From Catajapyx aquilonaris (taxonomy: Eukaryota), in contig KZ538234.1 in assembly GCA_000934665.2 (NCBI GenBank), positions 1 through 64,000 on the forward strand: a DNA stretch of 64,000 bases, given 5' to 3'. Below, piece by piece: positions 61,701 through 64,000 of this stretch. The notes beneath the pieces were generated by a model, which did no database searches, was not told where the DNA came from, and was given only the letters and a program-made list of their open reading frames with translations. The position numbers and the translations under genes are program-made. Every line of letters starts with the position of its first letter. Positions within the stretch are counted from its first letter, which is position 1.

Positions 61701-64000
61701 CAAGTCATTTGCGGACAAAAAATTGGGTGGCAAGGACTATAAAATAATACACGCACATAAGGGAATGTTACGCAATATCTTACAGTAATCAATAGCTGAT
61801 TGAAAAATTTCGTGCATCAGACGCGCATCACTTATTACCCATTATAAAAGTGAGTAAAGGCACGTACTTGCGTCTGAAGAAATTAAATGATAGTGTAGGT
61901 AAGAAAAAAGCAGTTAATGCTGCTATTGCGAAACGTTCTTCGTACTCCCATTGTTTGTCCTGACTTTTTTGTGACAACGGCAATTGACACCACCTTAAGA
62001 CTGCAGGGAACGTTTTTGGCACGACCCATTTTACCATCGTATACGCAAGTAATTGCAGAGTATAAACAACAGAGCAAACGAGCGCACTAGATTAGGATCT
62101 TTACCTCCTCATAGGTCCACTTACGGGCGGTTATAAATATTTCAGCAGTAAAACTCATTTCCAGGAGCTGTTAATTAATTTAAGCTGTACAATTACAGGG
62201 AAATTAATGGGTGCGAACATTTTCTGCGTATGCTTGCCGAATTTTGGACGCCGTCCCATTTACACCATTTTGTCTCCTTGAATCAGTCTCATTGCCGCAA
62301 TTCTATGCTAAATATCTAACGGTTCAGTGTCACTTTGCCATTCCTTAATCAATTCTTTAATTTTTGTGTCCCATCCAACTCTGGTGTTATAGCATTGATT
62401 ATTATTGGTCTTGGTACGTATGGGGAACAGTGCGGGCTTCATTGTCAATGCAACTTTCACGCAGCCCACAACCGCGACATTTTATTACTTCAAAACGCAA
62501 AGACCTCGGCCACCTGCATTCAATGTACGCTTATCTACACCGCATCTCATTCAACCAAAGGAAGAAAAAGGCTTTTCAAACTTTGCTCTCCTTATAAGTG
62601 ACGAGGTCATGCATATGGTGACGGTATTAACCGCAATAAAAGGCAAATTACTTTTGGCCAATGGCTCTCTCTTGTAATACGCACAGCTGCCACTAGTAAC
62701 TAGAGCAATCAGATGATTCGCAGTTAATGATATTATATATTGTGTTATTATTTATCATCAGTATTTTCGTATCCAATAATTGACATAAAAGGGCCAAGGT
62801 AACGACTCTAAAAACATATTTAAAAAAACCGAAGGACAACACCACCATCAGCAAAAAAGGCATCCGGCATGAGGAGTGACATGACACTTGTTCTGTCGGG
62901 TAAATAGGGTGATAGAAGTGGTCAGAGGTCAAGGATGAGGATCCGTAAGAAGGCCAAAGGATGGATGCGAGGGGTGGGCAAACCCTGAGGGATGGATGGA
63001 TGGAGGAGAGATCAACCGCATACGCTTACTTAACTCGCCTACTAAGGAAAGACCAGCTAAGGCCCCAAAAAATGGGCACGTCAGATTAAGTTGATGAGGG
63101 CGTCCCAGCCAGTTCCGGGACTTTCAATCACTCAGACTTTTCTTGTCTGCCGGTGGATTCACCCAACCCTTTTTCCTACAGATAAATCGCCATCTCCCTC
63201 CCTCCTTCTTACTTCTACTATTCTAACTGGTCAGGGATGAACACACTTCCTATTCACACAACGAAACAAATTCTAAAGGAGTAGGTCTAAAAAGTGGGAA
63301 GTGGGAGGACCTTTTTTTTCCATCTTGTTACATTGAGGTCGCGTGCTGTTGCTGACATTTGACGTGCGGATTCATCAGTGTCTTAAAGGCAGTTGTAAAA
63401 CTACGGGAATGGTGCAGGGTTTGCATTTTTCATGATGTCTGTAATGTCCACTTGTCAACTGGAGTTGTGGAAAAATTGATAACTTGTCAGGAATTGTTTG
63501 AGTGTTTGTAATTATTACGCTTATTAGGACATGCATTGTTCTTAATAATTAACATTTGCCAGTCAGTTTGCGATGCACGTCATTTGTACACATACTTATC
63601 TCGCTCGAGCTAACTTGTGTTGAATATACTGTACATATTAGTCGTTTGACTTTTAATTACTTATGACATAAATTGTGGCTGTGTTTTCAAAAGGTTTTGC
63701 CAGAATTGTCAATATCGGCTCCATAAGCTTAAAACAACTGAGAAACAATAACGCTAGATTAAGTGTCATTACATTCATATTCACGTAATGAAAAAAAAGA
63801 AGTTATCAGTTTTTGGAAGTATAATCGATTTTCTGCAATAAGTATTATATCGTCAGCATATTCCAGGAAAGTTATATTCGGCGTGGCAGCCCCCAAGTTT
63901 ACCCCTGTTCATAGCAATCTTATACCTATGCATGAAGAGTTCGTCTCAGGTTACAAGTTTGCGATCAAAATAAAATATGACCAGATCCGCTGTTTTACCT

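Noticed and set aside
1..64000. CRISPR arrays, rRNA/tRNA genes, autonomous transposons, known miRNAs
   Set aside because: No repeat-spacer periodicity, complete cloverleaf, RT/transposase motifs or recognisable mature miRNA sequence seen by eye

Overview
Eukaryotic (arthropod-like) genomic DNA, almost entirely occupied by one large intron-rich gene on the minus strand: the transcription factor grainyhead (grh, CP2/GRHL family). Sixteen coding exons between 42251 and the TAG stop at 3421-3423 can be joined by hand with GT-AG junctions and matching codon phases. They encode the N-terminal [11 protein letters not shown] motif, Ala/Pro/Ser-rich regions, the CP2 DNA-binding domain and the C-terminal dimerisation domain. 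The protein is about 923 aa from the ATG at 42157, or 997 aa if a candidate upstream exon starting at ATG 57688 is coding. A candidate first exon with GAGA, Inr and correctly spaced DPE lies at about 57.56-57.69 kb, and a probable ~2.4 kb 3' UTR ends near 1.0 kb. The introns hold a tRNA-derived SINE with a V-domain-like core, a ~250-bp foldback hairpin, microsatellites, and apparent excesses of YY1/Pho and Grh-type motifs. They also contain AG|GT sites suggesting recursive or alternative splicing. Nearly all other ORFs in the track appear spurious, and I saw no prokaryote-type system (CRISPR, operon, defence island).
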